Positions 11,691 to 24,704 of a DNA stretch of 64,000 nt are shown piece by piece (within the stretch, counting starts at the first letter, position 1; each line of letters begins with the position of its first letter). A program made the translations under genes and the position numbers. Where the stretch lies: NCBI GenBank assembly GCA_036172245.1, contig JAYWIR010000002.1, forward strand, positions 3,720,001 through 3,784,000, in the 5' to 3' direction. Under the pieces are notes generated by a model. That model searched no databases. It had not been told where the DNA came from and was given only the letters and a program-made list of their open reading frames with translations. Origin of the DNA: Raillietiella orientalis. Lineage: Eukaryota.

Positions 11691-12912
11691 GCGTCTTGAA
11701 ATTGCGTCATTTCCGTGCGTCACGACGCATGGAATGACCGCTCCGATCATTCTCCACGAAAGGCAAAAAAAAAAAAAAATCCTTCGTAGGCGATGTGGGG
11801 GACTCGCAACAGGAATTTAGGGGCGCATTTTTCCCCTCCCCTTTTCATTTGCATCTCTCTAACGAAACCGCGCGCAATCACCAATGCTCGTGGATCTGCA
11901 GCAATTGCAAGTTCCAGTTCAAGAAGCGTCGTTTCAATGCTGAAAAACGTTGCTGTGGGGACGATTCCCAAACAGCAAGCTCCTTCAAAGACGAACTTGT
12001 GCACCTGGAGGGGGGGGGAGAGGGAAGGAAGAGACCGGTTTATGGTGCCACTAAATCCCGGGTTCCGATGGGCGCTCCCATCAGCACGAATGAGCACAGC
12101 TGACAAAAGGCGGGAAAGACCTTCCACTGCGGATCAGGGACGGCCCGTCCTCTGCTGAATCGAAAAAGATAAACTCCGCAAACCCCAGACTGAGCAACAA
12201 CAACCAGGAACATGGGTGGCACGTCCCCTCCCTTCCCCCGGACACTCGGGGAGAGATCGCACGCAGGGTTCCTTCCCCACCTCTTGCCAGCCCCGCGCGT
12301 GCAACTCGACTGCCACCCGTATGGGTACGTATCGACCGCTCGCGCACCGTGCTCTCCGTGCGGGCGGTGACCACTCCCGGTTGCCACCTCCCTCCTTTTC
12401 GTCACCTCGTCACCCCCTCGCTTTTCAAAAGCGCGGGTGCCCCTGCTCCGCGGTGACGATCCTTTGCCACAGACGTCACCGTCCCGCGACGGCCGGTCTC
12501 ACAGCCGCAGCGTCGCCGCCGTGCGGTTGCACTCACTGCCGGGAGAGGCTGCGCTCGCTGCGGGATTCGGGATTTTGAGGTCCCCGAGGTAGAGGGAGGT
12601 GTTTGGAAGCGAAACGAAAGGCACGAGGTACTGCGTCGTGATCGAGTGGGCATGAAAATGTGGTTACAGTGGGGATGAAAGTGGGGGATTAGCGAGGGCG
12701 GCGTGTAAGTTCAGCGCGTTCACGGAGAGCCGAGCCAGGAAGCAGCTCCTGCGAGGATGAAGCGTTCAGTGGGTTTCGGGAGAGATGTGTTGTATTTTTT
12801 TTGAGGGGGGAGAGAGAAGGGAGGGGATACCCCCTCACGGGGTCGGTGTGAGTGGGCGCAGAAGGAGCGGCTGGCGAGGTTCACCTCGGATTTCTGGAGT
12901 GCCCATTAGCGC

Positions 12913-13680
12913 AGGTGAACGGCCGATCTCTCGTGTCTCTGGACGCCGGGAAAGTGCTCTGCTTGGAGATCTACGTCATGGCGCTGATCTCCAAGCAAAG
13001 GAGCAACGCGGGCGCTCTTCATCCGCTTTCCGACATGCGCCTCGGGCTCTCTCCGCGACCTGCTCACCGGCGCTTTCCCTCTGGAAGGGGGAAGGGAGGA
13101 AGAGGCTGAGCATCCTGTGGACGTAGGCTTCCAGGAGAGGAAGGGGGAGTGGCAGGACTTGAGGAGGAAGAGGAGGAGGAGGCGCCTCGGAACGGCGTCC
13201 GCTGTCCCACTCTCCATGCGGAGCAACCGGCGCGGTAGGACAAATGCGCAATCACACGGACGAAGGGATCCACGGCCGGCCTTCCGTCTTCTCCTGGCAC
13301 GCATGATCGAGCTCGGAATGCAGCGTATGCAGCTTCTTCCTTCATTGCCCCTGGCGACGGGAGAACCTGCAGCCTGCCGGGGAAGGTCCGTGCCCGCTGT
13401 CGCAAAGCCTCGTCCTGCTCCTTCGCTTCTTGACAGCCATTGTTGCTCCCACGGCCTCCTGGAATCCTACATACATGGGGTGCTCGACCCTTCCCTCCCT
13501 CCCCCCTTCCAGAGGGAAAGCGCCGGTGAGCAGGTCGCGGAGAGAGCCCGAGGCGCATGTCGGAAAGCGGATGAAGAGTGCCCGCGTTGCTCCCTTGCTT
13601 GGAGATCAGCGCCATGACGTAGATTTCCAGGCAGAACACTTTCCCGGCATCCAGGGACACGAGAGATCGACGGTCCATCC
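12913..13680. repeat. Inverted repeat, arms ~12913-13137 and ~13456-13680
   Basis: Both strands encode RSLVSLDAGKV(L/F)CLEIYVMALISKQ...FPSGRG. The ~175-bp core differs only by about 8 transitions and includes a long identical stretch; spacer ~320 bp. Confidence 0.95.
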
Positions 13681-14274
13681 CCTCTTCCACGAGTGCGACC
13701 TTCGGCAGACTCCTCTTCGTGGAAGGACTCACTAGACCGCGTCCCCTTTTTGGCGCATCAAGATCAAGGTCGAGATTATCGAAATGAGACCAACGGTCGT
13801 GTCTTCGTCGGGCAGAAAAGGGAGGACGAGGTCTTTCCTGAGCAGCAGCCTCCACGAAGCGTCGTGACGTCATCGCCGCTGATGAGCAGGGCGGAGGCAA
13901 GGTCGTCCGTCTTCTCCCAGCTATCGCAATGGAGAGGACGCGTCCCGTCCGCGCGCTGGAAGCGGAGGAGGAGAGGAACGAGGAGGAAGGGAATCCCGGA
14001 GCCACGCGAGGTGCTGTGTCCTTCCACCGGCAACGACCCTTAAAGCGTCCCCGTGGAGACCCCTCCCGTGAGCTCGAGGCAGAAGTGGGCCCCAGACGGA
14101 AGGCGAGCAACAAACTGTGCGGTGCTGTTGCTGTGATTCACCACGACCCTCTCCCGATGGTTGCTGCAGCAGGGGAGGGGAAGAGGGAGGGGGGCGGACG
14201 GAGAAAAGAAAGGAAGGTGGGATGGGAGAGGCAGCGGTCGCACTTCTCTCGGCTTCTCTTCTTCCCGGAGGTGG

Positions 14275-14760
14275 TCACAAAGGGGAGGTCTCGAAGCCCA
14301 TTTCTCTCGGCTGGCATTCGTAGGAGCGCAGCATCTGGTTGAGCTGCTCCAGGATGTGCTGCTGGCTGAGCACCTGCGTTTCCAGGGAGGATGCTGTCTC
14401 CCTGGCGACGAGCACGTCGGTGGCGAGCCGTCGTTTCTCGCGCGCTTCGTGGAGGAGGCGCTCCTTCATCTCCTCCTCGTTCAGAGAGGCGTTCGGGAGA
14501 TGCTGGCGTCGCAAGGCGCCGAGTCTCTTCCTGCTCCTCCTGCGAGCCGACATAGCGTGCTTCTCGGCGTCGCGGAAGCTGAGGCAGCAGCAGAGCAGCG
14601 TGAAGGACAGGAGCACCAGGACGACGACCCACAGCGTGACCAGGTCCTCCTCCTCGTCCACCTCCGCCGGGGTGGAGGGGGAGGCGTCCTGGAAAGTCCT
14701 ATTGTCCGGGGAGAGAACCGCGGACGCGATCCTCTGGGACCCCTTGGCCGGTATCTCCAT
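14275..14760 (-). CDS. Putative 161-aa single-pass membrane protein with C-terminal coiled coil (orphan)
   Basis: Uninterrupted ATG ORF in a gcaATGg context with G/C-ending codons. It has an acidic N-terminus with an NRT sequon, a hydrophobic span LVTLWVVVLVLLSFTLLCCCLSF (aa 40-62), the basic cluster RRRSRKR and a heptad-like tail. A pyrimidine tract plus CAG-CAG-CAG just upstream (14767-14790) resembles a splice acceptor. Confidence 0.5.
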   Translation of the reverse strand: MEIPAKGSQRIASAVLSPDNRTFQDASPSTPAEVDEEEDLVTLWVVVLVLLSFTLLCCCLSFRDAEKHAMSARRRSRKRLGALRRQHLPNASLNEEEMKERLLHEAREKRRLATDVLVARETASSLETQVLSQQHILEQLNQMLRSYECQPREMGFETSPL

Positions 14761-16220
14761 TGCGAACTGCTGCTGAGGAAGACGGGGAGCCCCCCGAACT
14801 TGCGAATCCTCCCAATTCTCGTGTGGCCTCTTCGGACTTGAAAGCCCCGTCTCCTAGCAACCGGAAAGGGCGACGAAGGCGAACCCGCCCTCCTCCGTTC
14901 TATCCCTTCTCGACTTCCCCTTCTTTGGAAGAGGAGGGGGGGGGATGGAAAAAAATTTGGCGGAGGAAGATAGAGATCGCGGAAGCACTCATTCGTCCCT
15001 TCGCAAAGACATGAAAGAGGCCCCGCCAAATTTTCCATCTTGATAGGAAGATGCCCTCCTGCAGCTGGAAGCCAGCTGCCACTTTGAGCGGCCTCGCACG
15101 CTTCCCGGGAAGGGAGAGGGGAGGAGACAGCTTTCAATTTTGCCAGCCGGAAGCAGCAGCGCGCTGGAGCAGCTTCTTGAAAGTGCCCACGACTGCGTGG
15201 AGCAGAGGGAATGGAGGGCAAGGGTGAAGGAGTCTTCTACGCTCTTGTTCCTCCTCCTCTTTCGCGCCTACCATGTGACCCCGGCGCGGACAACGCGCCT
15301 CTCTTCACACAGTGCGCGCTTCCTCCCTCTTGACCTTTCCCACGAACTCCGGCCGCCGCTCGCCTTAGCAGCAGCAGATCCGAGAGCTGATTCTGCCAAG
15401 CATCGACACTCCTCCGCCTGGTTATCCCGAGCCGGGCTCTCTCCGGCACATGACTCCTCCCGCTGCGAGACGGTTTTCCGTCTCCGGGAGCGACGGGAGA
15501 CAGGTTCCAGAGCTGCCGTGCTTGCACGCCTCCACGGCTTCACGCAAGCATTTTTTCCGATTCATGGGACATAAATGAAAACGCGAGCACAATACGCGTA
15601 CGCGCGCGGGAAAGGAGAAAAAAAAAAAAAAAAAAACGCGCAGAACCTAAAACGCGGGAAGCAGAAGAAGACGGCGAGTCCCCCCCCCCCTCTCCTCCCC
15701 CTTCCCAGCAGGAAGGTCCTTTCGCAGTTCGAACTACACGGCGCGCATTACTTTTTTGGCAGCCGGAACGGATTTACAAGGTGCTACTTGGTTGAGCTGC
15801 TGACACGAACCGGAAGTAGCGAAACGCTCGCTTCCGCGGCACTAAGCAGCGCGCGCGCGCCTCGAAATCCGTTTCCTTCGGGAAACACGTCGCCAGCAAC
15901 GCCGAAAAGGAAAACAAAAGTTGTCTACGAAAACACAACCTCCTTTATTGGATTACCGGCGTGTGCTCCTTCCTATTCAGGTGAATTGCCTTCCATTCAC
16001 AGCTTGGGGCGTAATTCAATCATTTGTAATGCGATTTCAATACAAGTCAAGACGGGCAAACCTGATTTGCTAGATGAGATCTGCCGCATCCCCCCTGCTT
16101 CGAGCGTGGTTCGTTCCGTCGGATGTGACCCCCGTCGCCGTGGGGCCGCCGCGTGCAGTTGTACAAGCGGTCCTCCCCGCTTCGGGACGAAACGAATGGG
16201 ATGTATCGATCCCCGTCCGA

Positions 16221-16260
16221 CTTTTCTTCTTCTTCTTCTTCTTCTCCTCCTCCTCCTTTT
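16221..16260. repeat. (CTT)n/(CCT)n microsatellite
   Basis: Read directly from the sequence. Confidence 0.9.
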
Positions 16261-18846
16261 GCGCCAAGATTCGCAAACGCGAGCGCTAACGGTAATGCTC
16301 GTGCAGGGGAGCCGTTTGCGAGGAGGCGCCCCGTGTTCATCCGCCTCCTTCGATCCCACTGCCGAAGAACAAATTGCGGATTTCGTGCATTCGCGATCGG
16401 CAGGAAATTACGGGCGGCGGAGAACGGCCCAGGAGCGCGGCTGCCGAGGACGTAATCGCGCTAAATGAATTCGGGCACGGGACGCTTTCAGCAGCAGACT
16501 TCCCGAAGACTTACCGGGAGGAAGGAGTTCGTGCGCCGGAGCTTCCGGAGCTCTTTCGCTTCTTCCCGGCTCCTTCTTCAAACTCGACAAGGACGGCCAA
16601 GAGAAAATCGCCGCGTCTCACGTTCGCCACGCGAAGTGGGGCCGCCGAGAGCGGAGGTTCTCGCCGCTCCCGTATTCAGCAGTCGCTGCGCAAATTTCAA
16701 GATAAGTGCCTCTCGCACGCGGATTCTGCTGCGAGCATCGGGAATCCGAACGATTGCCCAATTTTAGCTTTATCTGAAAAGAGGAAAGAGAGAAGGACGA
16801 GAGGGCCGGGAAAGTGCAGCAGGAGAGGCGAAGATTACATTATGAATTTTCGGTTTGCAGCTATCTCCTTTGATGGTCACTCTACTCTCCACCCAAGCAG
16901 AGGGAAGCAAGCGGAGCATCTCGGATGCGTAGTTTGAAATTCAAATGGGGTTGATTTATTAGCGAGCGCTTCTTTATTCCCTTACTCTAAAGAAGGGTTT
17001 GGGAGAATGGGGATAATCGTTGCGACGAAAATTCAGGGAACTGCTCTCACTGAGCGTGAATCTCCGTGATGAGTCGCTTTCCTCCCCCCTCCGTCCCTTC
17101 TTCCCATCAGTGAGGAGAAGCTAGAGGGACTCGTGAAATTGCGTTTGTTCTCCGGTCTTTGGGGACTAATCGAGTCCGATGTCACCCAGTTGCTCGGGTG
17201 ACGTGCACCGGGGAAAAAAGAGTGTTTATCTATCTACTGATAAGAACGAGTGAAGCAACACGAAACCTGCTGCCCTTACAAGCATGCACTTGTTTGGAAG
17301 ACCACTCAGGGAAACAAGGGAGGTCTTGCGCTGAATAAGCTCAAGCAAAGTACACACGCGGGCAGGCGCCGAACAATACCCCAAGGATCCATGCTCCGAC
17401 CCCGAGAAAGAGATGTGATGTCGTGAGGAAGGAGGAGGAGGAGGAGGATGCAGATGAAGGGGCTGTTCGAGCGACACGGTGGGATTCGACCAGAGAGGAC
17501 TTTCGCGTGTTTTGGTTCCAGTGCGATTGGTTCGACGAGACGTGGGCAAGGATACTCCAAGGATACTGTTACCTGGAGGGGAGAAACTTGGAAGGGGGGG
17601 AGGCGGAGGGGACAGCGAGGAGGAGGGAAAACTTTCCCTGGGCGGGAGGATCGCGAGCAAATCGAGTAGGCACGGGGAGGCCTTATGGAACGGAGGGATT
17701 CTAAATGATTTCTTCGGCAGCACCGAATCCGAATTTGCTCCACGATTCCGGAAGGTTGCCTCGCGTTCCCGTCTCGTGCTTCCGCGCTGTCCCCACTTTG
17801 CGACCAGCTCGCGTTTGTGTTCATTTCCGCTCCTCTCCCCCCCGTTCGAATTTTGTATCGGATCTGAGCAAGTGCCGCGGCTGCTCCCGGGACGCAGCCT
17901 CTCCCTCCTCCTGGAAAACCATATTCAAGGAAAGCTAATGCGCGGCTACCCACCCGGAGAATTCTGGATTTCCTCTTCGTCTCCTTTGGGTTTCAAGCTC
18001 GAAATCCTCAGGGAATTTCTAGTCCAGTAGGGGCATCGCAAGCGGATTTGACGCGGCTCCCTCTCTGAAGCTTGCGGCTGAGTCCCAGGCTCTCCCACTC
18101 GATACACGCCCGGGATGGTGCTTCCCGCTTTCCCCACTCTCGCGCCGCCGTTACACGAAAACCCCTGCGCTTTGGAAGTCCAGCCCGCTGATAAGCGCCG
18201 GTCACTCGATCATCCGTGCGGGTCTCGCCGGTGTGGGAGGCAAGCGAGGATCTCTTTAGGGTAGATGGGGGGTGGGGTGCCGCGTGGCGTGCGGGTGGGC
18301 TCCTGGCTCACCTTAGACCCGACTTTCTTATCTCCCTGGTCGTTCTTACTGGCCGCATCCCTCCCCCTTCCTCCTCAGCATGGACGTCCAGCAACAGCGG
18401 CCGACTCCGTCCAAGACCTCGGACAGCGCGCGCATGCGCGCGAGGGATTGGGCAGCAGACGGAGGGAGGTGCCGCTGCGCACGCGAGAGGGAAAACCGTG
18501 GGGCGAGTGGGAAGGAGGGGTCCAGTATCTGCCTCTCGCGCCCGGGACTCCCGCCTCGCTTGTTCCCTTTCTCCCTTTGTCTTTCCTCCTCTTCGCGCAC
18601 GTCTGCGCGCGCGCCACCCGACGGCCGTTGTCGTCAGCAACGCTAGTCCTCCTTCAGGTCGCACCGAACCCGCGCTTTTTCGAGAGAGAAGAGCCAAATG
18701 TGGGATGGGGGAGGAGGAAAGGAAAAGTTTCCGAAACCGGAAGATGAAAATGGAAGGTTGGAAAATTAAAAATCAATCAGAATAAACCAAATAAAACTAG
18801 GGTGAGGTGGATTCTTCCAATTTTAATAGGAGAAGAAAAACTGGAA

Positions 18847-18885
18847 ATATATATATACATATATATATGTATATATATATGTGTG
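18847..18885. repeat. (TA)n-rich microsatellite within an A-rich low-complexity tract (~18740-19120)
   Basis: Read directly from the sequence. Confidence 0.9.
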
Positions 18886-20099
18886 AAAAATTGGACTTAA
18901 AAACAAAACAAAAGAGCAAAATTGGGATAGAAATTGAAAAAAAAACAAACAAACGAAACGAAGGCGCGGAATCAAACTGTAAAGACAGAAACGACGCGTA
19001 AAAATTCGAGACAGAAATGAAAAAAAGCAGAGAACAAAAAAGCGAAGAAATGAAATTTAAAGGCGTACAATTAAAAGCGAGGAAATAAAAATAAAGAAAA
19101 CGAAAAATAAAGAAGCGAAAAGGGTGGGGTAGAACTCGAGGAGGTGGGAGGTCAGTGCCTTGCCCTCCGTTGCGCACCAAAGAGGGTGCGACTTCCGCTC
19201 TCCTGGTTCCGGAACTCTCAGGGTTCCTCACCCTCTGTCGGGAGAGCTTCCGGGCGCGCGGAGGGCCTGTGCGTTGGAGGCGCTCCAGGGGGACGGAACC
19301 GAGAACCGCCTTTAAGCGGGAACCGAGCACCCCCTGGTGCAGTGCCCTCGGACCCCGCAGTGCGACCGGGTGTTCCCAGCCCGTGCAGCCAGAGTATACG
19401 CTCGGCCACGCCACCGCCCGGGACTCCCCCGCTCCGGGGGATGCCCCCTCCTCTCGGAGGGGTCGCGCGTCGCCGCCGCCTCGAAGAGCCGCGCACCCCG
19501 ACCGGGGGAGGTGGAAAGCAGGGAGCACTCAGGTCGGTGACACCTCCGAAGGGACACCTCAGCCTGCGGACACGCACGTTCAGCTCGCAGACGCCGCGAA
19601 GCAGCAGTGGAGGGACCCGTCCTTCTGGAAGTGCGCCAGCCGAAAGAGAGAAGAGAAGCGGGAAGCCGGAGCTGGGCCGGCGCCAAACCCGGGACTTCCC
19701 GACTATTCCCGAGCGTCCCCTCTCCCGGGTATCCAAGGAGACCGCCAAAGCTCGGCGAGAGGTGCTGATGGGCCAATGCAGAGAGCTGGGGAAAGGTCAA
19801 CGCCCCCGCGCGGCGTCCCACAAGGGGCACTGCCGTTCCCCTCCCGTCAGGGTGCGCCGACGCTGACGCTCCCGGGCTGCTCGGCGGGAGGCCAAGACCA
19901 GGTGACGCCGTGGTCGCTCGATCCCTGCCAGCAGCTTTCGCGTCTCAGCCTTGAGGGTGGTTAGGCGTGTGGGGCAGGAAGGGAGGGAGGGGAGGAAGGT
20001 AGAGTCTCGTCCTTTCGGGCCTCCCCGCCCCTGGACCGCCTCAGTCGACGAGCGGCCTTGCCGCGGGCGATGCCGACGAGCCTCTCCCTGGGGCCTTCG

Positions 20100-22300
20100 C
20101 TCCGCGCGTGAGCAGCAGGGGGCGCCGGTGGGGGCGACGGGCAGGCAGCGAGCGGGGCAAGGACCACGTGGAGATCGGACGGAGGGGGGAGGGCTTCGTT
20201 CAAGGTCAAGGGGCCGTGATGACACGGTCCCTTGACCCCCCCTCCAGACGGTGGCGCAGGCAGAGATGGCAGGGCGCGGCTCGTTCCGGTGGAGCCGCCG
20301 CGTGGCACCCATGCGCTCCCCCGAGGGGATCGGCGCGCTTTTGCACTTGGCCATAGGAGAAGGGAGGAGGAGAGAGATCCCCCGTTGGCTGACCGTGACT
20401 GACCTACGGGCGCGTCGTCCGAGCAGCCAAGATCCCCAGGAGCAGATCCCGGGGGCGGGGGAGGATCGCCAAGCACGGGACAGCGAGGGCGTGCAGGACC
20501 GGGCGTCTGACCCGGAGAGATCGGCTCGCTCCCTTGGTCTCAGGGCGCCAGATATCTGCCGCCGCCCTGGAGGTCAGTGTGGAAGGTCATGCGCGTGGGG
20601 ATGCGGAAGTGGAGAGAGAGGAGAGGGACGTAGGGGAGGGGGCGGTGGAGGAGGACCCGAATCCTTCCGCCCTCATGCAAGTGATCCCGCGTGTTCCCGG
20701 GAAGCGGCTTGTCCACCCGGAAGAGGCCAGTGCTCTCCCACGGCTCGTCCTGCCGGCCGAATCCCCCTCAGGCGGCAACTCCGGCCGGCTCCTCCCTCCG
20801 AACGAACCCTCAAGATAGAGGAGGGGTCACGTGCGGCTGACCCGCCTTCCCTGGGCGGCGCCCTCACCGGACTTCCGCCCGTTCCAGCGGTCGCCGGGGC
20901 GACGGCCTCCCTGCCGACCTGCTTGCCCTCGGCAGGATCCCTCCACCATCCCGGAAGCCTCTGGATCGGCAGCGCCGCCTCAGCCGGCTGCTGCCAGGGG
21001 CGACGACCGCCCTCTGCCCCGAGCTTCTGCGGCAGGACAGGACTGCCCGCCCCGCCACACGCGCCCAGGCAGAGTCTGCGCAAGTCGGGTCGTCCCATTC
21101 GTGCCTCCGGACAAAGGGGCGGCGGTGGCGACGGTCCCCTGGGGTGGGGTGGAGAAGGGTATTCCCGGGGAGGGAAGCTCCCCGTGGGAGCCCCGCGGCG
21201 CAAATTGCGAAGGTCGACGGGATTCTTTCGCATTTCGTCCAGATACAGGGGGGTGGGGAGGGTGGGTGACTCCTGGGTCACGCCTGCGTTCCCCTGACCT
21301 CCCGGCCGGGGGGAGAACCCGCCGCTGCGGCGCGATTCCTCCCGGCACCCACGCGACCTCACTGCGTTGCGTTGTCTTGGTCTTCGCCCGGACTTGGGCG
21401 CCGGCCGGGTGGGGCAGCGGCTCGCGACCTTGTGCCTGGAGCGATCCTCCTCCGCAAGGTCATCGGCGCCGTCCCTCCCTGCCATCGAACCGCTTCTGGC
21501 GCACGGCCCTGCAGAGGCCCAGTAGGTCAGACGTCCTTCTCGCGCCCTTGCGCGCCCCCAGACACAGGGAGGACACGAGATCAAAAGCTCCCGGAGGACC
21601 CTGCGGAGGCTTTGCACCCCCCGAGGCCCTTCCCAGGCATAGGGATGGCCCCGAGACCGGAGATGCGCCTGGACGCACCCACAGCTCCCTCCCCCCCTTC
21701 CCGCTCCCCCCGCGGAGCGCAGACTTCTCCTGTCGCCTTCTCGTGACGACCCCGTTTCATCGCGAACTCGCGGGTTGTGGCGTTGCTCCGGCAACCGCTG
21801 GCTTTCCGGGTTTCTTCGGAAGGGCGTCGCGACCTGCCGGCCTTGCTGCGCTCTCGCGCGCCTCCGTCGCTCCCGAACGACATCCCCCCCCCCTCCTTTG
21901 CTGACCTTCGGCTGCAGCGGAGTCTAGTCCTCCGCTTCCGCCTGCTGTTGTTCCAGCAGGTCACCCTTCAGCCGGCGGAAAGCCGGGAGTGGGCACGTCC
22001 GGACGGGTGGCCTCCCCAGTGGGTCGCCGTGTCACGCAGCGCAGGCGACCAATCCCGCGCTCGCGGCCGAGAGCGCAGCCACCCGGACGCGTCCCCGCGG
22101 TGCTGCCGTGGCCTCCTCGCTGACCCCGCGACAGCGCTGGGAGAAGGTGAGGCAGCGAGTGGTTGCCTCCGGCACCCGACGTGGCCGCAGCTCTCATTGG
22201 GCGCGCGCGGACTTTGCCCGGCAATTCCGCCGCAGCTTCGCTGCGAGCCGGGCGAAAGGCAGAGCAGGAAGCGAAGCGACGCCGACCGCGGGGACGTGCA
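20100..22300 (-). mobile_element. L1/Tx1-like LINE remnant (ORF1 plus endonuclease); a + strand fragment probably faces it at ~19150-20000
   Basis: ORF1-like PYAWEGPRG at ~21620; EN-like LYLDEMRK and SSGWTSRFPGTRGITC (D.W...P....FT-like) at ~20700. Very degenerate. Confidence 0.35.
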
Positions 22301-22854
22301 TCACGCGCCACAGCCACCCATCGGCGCGTCGCCTACAGCAGCAGTCTGGCCGGAGAGGACGCCGTCACAAAGCCATGCGCGCGATCGGCGAAGCTGCGAG
22401 GCGCCTCGGGACGAAACGGGAGACCCTCGGGAGGCTGGGCGAACGCCAGAGAGCCAGGCACCGCGCCCCATGACAGTGGCTCCAAAGATCATCATCAGCA
22501 GCAGCAGCACAAGTCGCCGCAGGACTTTTGTCCCCAGCCGGACGATGCACCCCGGTTGGGCGGACGGGCGAACTCTACTTGCCGATATCCTTTGCCCTCC
22601 TCATCTCCGTCCGAAGAGCGCCGAAGCCCGTTCCTCCGCGGCCGCTCCACCGGGAAGGCAAGACGAAATACGCGCCCGCCGCGGACCAAGAGTTTGACTT
22701 CCCATCCGCGCACGCACGCCCAGCTGGGGGCGGCAAAGTGACCAGGGACGAAGTGCCTCCTGCCGCCCGAAAAACGAACGCCCACCAGCGATCTTCTTCC
22801 CAGGCGAAAGTAACCAACGCGACTCCTGCTTGTTCCACGTGTCCCTTAGATACG

Positions 22855-23115
22855 AGGGTGTATGTGCTTACATGCACACCTATACACGTATGCATATGGA
22901 CGTATACATACATAAACCTATGCATACACATACAGGCATATATATATATACAACACATACGTGTGTATGCATACACATATACATATATATGCAGATGTAT
23001 ATATATGTATGTATACGTACACACGTATACATACATTTGCATATATACATATATATGGGTGTACGCACATATATATATATGTATAGGTGTGTATATCAGC
23101 ACATACACACACAGA
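22855..23115. repeat. Compound (TA)/(CA)/(TACA) microsatellite, ~260 bp
   Basis: Alternating purine-pyrimidine low-complexity tract; it generates the spurious Y/I/C/H-rich ORFs in the track. Confidence 0.95.
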
Positions 23116-24682
23116 CGTCCTTTTGCCCTGCACATACGTTGCCGCTCCATGTCGACATGCGTCCATCCCAGGATCAACGACACATGCGACACATCCGATT
23201 GCCCTCCGAGGGCAGAAAGCCCTGCCGCGGGACGTGGCGGCTCGCAGCTGCGACGGACAACAGCACGACGAAACCCCTCGAACGGTGTCGGGCAAGAGCG
23301 CACACGTACGTGATCGTCTCGAAGGGAACCGGTGCCAGCCAAAGCAGTGCGTCTCCAGGATAGCGATGGCGCTACGCGAGGAGCCTGCTCAAGCAAAGGA
23401 GACTCCACTGAAGAGAGCACGGATAGGGAAAGGTCAGCGGCGACGGCAGCAGCCAGCCACCGAGCGTTGCTCCCGAACGGGATCCAGGCCCTTGAATACG
23501 TGGCGCACCACCCAACAACACCGGCTTCGAACGGGTTCAGGGAAGCGAGTGCCGACCTTCGGCGCCAGGCGAAGGCGGCGACAGCGCCGCCGCGGTCCTC
23601 ACGCTCAGCTATGGATGGCAGCAGACGTATACCCCCGGTATAACAGATAAGCCAAGATGAAATCAGAATCCCCCGACATCACTTCCCTATCTTCGCTTAT
23701 CTGAATTGCAGATCCTCCAGAGAACCCAAGGAGGGAAGAGGAAAACCTGGATCGTGGGAAGCCATCCCGAGTGCACGCACGAAACAGCAATTTCGCGGAA
23801 GAGGTAGTCGGGCTCCGAAAAAGGAAGGAGCACGGAAATCCCCCACCGGCAGACCTACGACCAATGAATCGGCAGCTTCACCTGGTTAAGGAGATGGGAA
23901 GGACAACTGCATCCACGACATGACGTCTGAATTTGGGATCCGCGAGGCAGGGCTGCTTCTTCTCGTCTTCCAAACGCTTCGCAGCACAGAGATAAAGCAG
24001 CCTGCATGCCAAGCTGCAAAGGGGCAAAGCACCCCTTCCTCACAGTGGAGGAAGGAACCGCCGCCGTAAGAGATCCCCGCGCGTGACAACGAAGGTACAC
24101 GTCCAGTAGGGAGGGAGGTGTTCAGAGGAGCCGTCCAGAACGGGACCCCATTTCAACCCTTCAAGCACCAGAGCAGCATGAGGATGCCCGAACGTTCCAC
24201 ACGTCGTGCGTTTTCACTCACTCGTGCCCCACAGGGCTCTGCGAACCTGCAGGGATGGGACACTTTGCACCTCCCCCAGAGGACGACCGGCTCGCGGCTG
24301 CTGCTGGGGTGCGCGCGCGGAGCGCTTCCTCCCCCCTCCCTCCCCCTCATCACCCAGCCGAAACGGGCCGGCCCGCGTGCGATGCTCCCATCTCAGCCTC
24401 CCTCCCACCTCTTCTCGCGGGACGCAAGCACTCTACGCCGGGGGTTCGACCCAGTTGTGGAAACGCCTGCTCCTCTGGAGAGGGCTCGCTACCCTTTCCC
24501 TCCCCGTCCTCCAGCTGTCCCTTTCCCGGCTCGACGCGCGGAGGGTGGGACGGGCGGGTGCTGAGACGATGGGCGTGGGTCACCTGATCTCTTCCCTCTC
24601 AGTAGGTGCTCTCGCCTTTCCTCTTCCGTCTTTTTTGCTGCAGAGGAAAAGGAGCCGCGTCTCGAGCAGTGCAGTGTGCGTC

Positions 24683-24704
24683 ACGCAACACCGCGGTGTT
24701 GCGT
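24683..24704. repeat. Perfect 22-bp palindrome ACGCAACACCGCGGTGTTGCGT
   Basis: Self reverse-complementary; TATAAATA follows at ~24745. Confidence 0.9.

Noticed and set aside
11795-12103. Cys-rich ORF (HQCSWICSNC) as a zinc finger
   Set aside because: Short, non-ATG start, and no spacing match or context that I can support.
17423-17704. FWFQCDWFD resembling a CACTA transposase-associated motif
   Set aside because: Isolated motif with no other transposase segments or termini nearby.
22528-23420. Long Y/I/C/H-rich ORFs on both strands
   Set aside because: These are translations of the TA/CA microsatellite.
23900-24050. Gag or ORF1 zinc knuckle (GCFF... / CMPSCKGAKH)
   Set aside because: Needs frameshifts and is too degenerate to assign to a family.
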